From an uncultured Thermoplasmata archaeon (lineage in GTDB: Archaea > Thermoplasmatota > Thermoplasmata > Halarchaeoplasmatales > Halarchaeoplasmataceae): a stretch of DNA of 64,000 bases. The first letter of the stretch is position 1, and each line of letters starts with the position of its first letter. The notes under the pieces were generated by a model. That model did no database searches and was not told where the DNA came from. It saw only the letters and a list, made by a program, of their open reading frames with translations. Location of the stretch: positions 1,105 to 65,104 of the forward strand of contig CAZRSB010000005.1 in the NCBI GenBank assembly GCA_964602715.1, given 5' to 3'. The translations under genes and the position numbers were made by a program. This document shows positions 61,144 to 64,000 of the stretch, one piece after another.

Positions 61144-64000
61144 ATGAAGGTTTTGATGGTAGATGATGAACAGGCCTTTTTAGATCAGGCTGAACTTTTC
61201 CTCGAAGAAGTGAATGAGGATTTAGAGATAAATAAAGCCTTTTCAGCTAGTGAAGGTTTAGAACTGATCGAGAAAAATGATTATGATGTCATAGTTTCAG
61301 ATTATCAGATGCCAGAGATGGATGGTCTAGAGTTTTTAGAGATAGTGAAAACAGAGAGAGATATGGAAATACCCTTCATCTTTTTCACAGGAAAAGGAAG
61401 AGAAGAAGTAGCTATGGAAGCGCTGAACCTCGGAGCCGATAGATACCTCAAGAAAGGAGGAGATCCCAAAACTCAATTTAAGGTTCTCGCTCAAGCTATT
61501 TCACAGGAATTTTGGCATTATGAAACTAGAAAACAGTTAGAACTCACGAAGAGTTCCGTAGATAAGTCTACTACCGGAATATTTTGGGTAAATCCGGAAG
61601 GAAAATTTCTTTATACAAATCGAAGGGTGGAAGAAAAACTTGGTTACTCAAAAGATGAATTGCAAGAGATGTATGTATGGGATGTGGATGTTGATCACGA
61701 AAAAGACGAAAAAATAAGAAAAAAACATTGGGAGAGGCTTAAAGAAGAAAGGTCTGAAAGGATAGAAAGGAAACACAAAACAAAGGAAGGAAAGGTATTT
61801 CCTGTTGAAATATATAGGAATTATATTAAACATGGTGACAGGGAACTTGAGTTTGCATTCGTGAATGATATCACGGAGAGAAAAAGAAAAGAAGAAGAAT
61901 TAAAGGAAAGTGAAAAGAGATATAGAAGATTATTCAACAGTATTAACGTGGGTTTAGTTGTTCACGATAGCGAAGGTAATATAGTTTCAGCTAACCCTGC
62001 TGCTGAGAAAGCTTTAGGATCGAAAGAAAAAGAGTTACAGGAAAAAGGGTTGAATTACTGGAGAGGAATATTATTTGAAGAAGATGGAGATTCTATGGAT
62101 ATCCAGGATTTCCCAGTTTCTAAAGTATATGACTCCAAAGAAGAAGTTCAAGAATCTGTTATCGGTATATCTCCACCAGGCTCGGAGGGGATAAGATGGT
62201 ATGTTATTAGTGCTATTCCCCATCTCAACGATGAAGAAGAGATTCAAAGAGTCGTAACATCTTTCAAAGAGATAACTGAACTCAAAAGAACTGAAGATGC
62301 TTTGAGGAAAGCTGAAAAGAAATACAAGAGTTTGTTCTATGATACACCACTAGGTACACTACGTTTCGATGAAAATGGTGTTATAACAGACTGCAATGAA
62401 AAATTTGTAGAGATAATAGGTTCTTCTAATGAAGCTCTTATCGGCTTTGACATGATTAATGAATTAAAAAACAAAGATTTACTGGAAGAAGTGGAGAACT
62501 CACTTAGTGATGGTAAAGGATATTATGAAGGGGAGTACACCTCTGTGACTGGAGGTAAAGCCACCTATGTTAGAGTTTTATTTAAAGGATTGAAAGACGA
62601 CCAAGGAAATATACAAGCAGGTATGGGCCTAGTCGAAGATATAACTGAAAGGAAAGAAAAGGAAGAAAAACTCAAAAAAAGTGAAGAAAGATACAGGAGA
62701 TTATTTGAAACAGCTCAAGATGGAATGTTGATACTAGATGCCGAAACTGGTATCATTAAAGATGCGAATCCCTACATCCTAAACCTGCTGAATTATTCAA
62801 AAGATGAACTGATCGGGAAAAAAGTATGGGTATTAGGGTCTTTTGATAATGTAGCGGAAAACAAGAAAAAGTTCGAAGAATTGGTTGAGGAGGGATACGT
62901 TAGATATGAAGATCTTCCTCTTATCGATAAAGATGGTATTGAAGTTCCGGTAGAATTCGTTAGTAATACCTATGAGGTAAGAGATGAAAAGGTGGCACAG
63001 TGTAATATAAGAAACATAAGCGAGAGAAAGGAAGCAGAAAGAAAAGCGAAAGAATTACGATCACTACGAGATTCAGTTAGAAGGGTAACTCAAAAAATTA
63101 TCGAGAAAGATGACCTTGAAAATTTCTACAAAGAAGCCTGTGGAATATTGTTGGATACTAGGCATTATCTTGACGTTTCTATAGCTATCTATCAGGATGA
63201 AATTTTAACTAGCGTGGCTCATTGTGGAGATCATAAGAGAAAATCCTGGGAACTATCTACTGATGGGAGCGGAAATGCTCCAGAATGTGTAAGAGAAGTG
63301 GTTGAATCAAAAGATACAAAGATCATAGGAAGTACGGAGACCTATTGTGATGAATGTGAATACTGTAAATATGAGGGAGATCATCAATCTGTTTTGGTTC
63401 CCTTGATCGAAGATGAAAAAATAGAAGGAATCCTTTCAGTATGTCTAAAATTAGAAAATGAGATCCCAGAAGATGAGATCGATCTTTTGAAAGAGGTAGC
63501 TAGAGATATAAGAATCGCTAAAGACAAAATCACCGCCGAAAATGAACTAAAGAAAAGTAGGTCAAGATTGATAAGATCACAAAAAGTTGGGAAAACTGGA
63601 AGTTGGGAACTATATCCTGAAACAAACGAATTAGAATGGTCCGAAGGCACTTACAGGATATTTGAAGTCTCTCAAGATGAACCTATGAATTATGAAAAAT
63701 TTTTGGACTTTATCCATCCAGAAGATAAAGATTATGTCGATAAAAAATGGAAAGAAGCCTTAGAAACAGGAGATTATGATATAGAACATCGAATCAAAGT
63801 TGATGGTAAAACAAAATGGGTAAGAGAGAAGGCTGATATTTCTTTCGATGAGGACGGAGAACCGAAGAAAATCGTAGGAAGTGTGCAAGATATAACGGAT
63901 ATGAAAGAAAAGGAGAAGGAAATAAAGAGAGCAAATAAATTCTTGGAAACAACTATCGATTCCCTCACAGCCAATATCGCTATTTTAGATGGAGAAGGTA
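61144..64000 (+). CDS. REC-(PAS)n-GAF sensor, probable hybrid histidine kinase, truncated by the window end
   Basis: Absent from the ORF track. GGAGG RBS, ATG 61144 MKVLMVDDEQ...SDYQMP; repeated DITERK PAS units; the same frame reads SLTANIAILDGEG at the end. Confidence 0.85.
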   Translation, partial: MKVLMVDDEQAFLDQAELFLEEVNEDLEINKAFSASEGLELIEKNDYDVIVSDYQMPEMDGLEFLEIVKTERDMEIPFIFFTGKGREEVAMEALNLGADRYLKKGGDPKTQFKVLAQAISQEFWHYETRKQLELTKSSVDKSTTGIFWVNPEGKFLYTNRRVEEKLGYSKDELQEMYVWDVDVDHEKDEKIRKKHWERLKEERSERIERKHKTKEGKVFPVEIYRNYIKHGDRELEFAFVNDITERKRKEEELKESEKRYRRLFNSINVGLVVHDSEGNIVSANPAAEKALGSKEKELQEKGLNYWRGILFEEDGDSMDIQDFPVSKVYDSKEEVQESVIGISPPGSEGIRWYVISAIPHLNDEEEIQRVVTSFKEITELKRTEDALRKAEKKYKSLFYDTPLGTLRFDENGVITDCNEKFVEIIGSSNEALIGFDMINELKNKDLLEEVENSLSDGKGYYEGEYTSVTGGKATYVRVLFKGLKDDQGNIQAGMGLVEDITERKEKEEKLKKSEERYRRLFETAQDGMLILDAETGIIKDANPYILNLLNYSKDELIGKKVWVLGSFDNVAENKKKFEELVEEGYVRYEDLPLIDKDGIEVPVEFVSNTYEVRDEKVAQCNIRNISERKEAERKAKELRSLRDSVRRVTQKIIEKDDLENFYKEACGILLDTRHYLDVSIAIYQDEILTSVAHCGDHKRKSWELSTDGSGNAPECVREVVESKDTKIIGSTETYCDECEYCKYEGDHQSVLVPLIEDEKIEGILSVCLKLENEIPEDEIDLLKEVARDIRIAKDKITAENELKKSRSRLIRSQKVGKTGSWELYPETNELEWSEGTYRIFEVSQDEPMNYEKFLDFIHPEDKDYVDKKWKEALETGDYDIEHRIKVDGKTKWVREKADISFDEDGEPKKIVGSVQDITDMKEKEKEIKRANKFLETTIDSLTANIAILDGEG

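Overview
Low-GC archaeal chromosomal segment. The GGGP/DGGGP lipid synthases, eS8, SRP19, fused two-unit EndA, archaeal PEP carboxylase, TATA boxes and GGTGA/GGAGG RBSs point to an archaeon; the gene set and acidic sensor domains suggest a halotolerant Thermoplasmata-like lineage (inference). There are three blocks. (1) 1-22 kb is an amino-acid biosynthesis block next to tRNA-Thr: a LysW-dependent alpha-aminoadipate operon with a divergent Lrp regulator, ppcA, an RHH/PIN toxin-antitoxin pair, an ask-asd-metX-metF-mtrA-mtrH operon with an HTH-CBS regulator, a decayed IS5-like element, metY and pheA. (2) 22-36 kb is housekeeping: RHH plus a truncated FtsZ-like gene, queF, arcC, hisS, rps8e, srp19, endA, lipid synthesis, and tRNA-Gln/Asp. 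(3) 36-64 kb is an accessory stress/signalling block: hemerythrin, peroxiredoxin, a ferritin-like protein, four REC-led sensors, two duplicated MCP-cheW-kinase modules and a KaiC/KaiB-like pair. The best candidates for novelty are: a soluble MtrA/MtrH methyl-corrinoid relay inside a methionine operon; a 37-aa upstream ORF ending in ...HFMPPPGGN that overlaps the start of that operon; the KaiBC-chemoreceptor-kinase cluster, which shares an upstream operator-like motif; a tRNA-Gln leader hairpin that duplicates the tRNA 5' end; and a structured AT-rich non-coding region.
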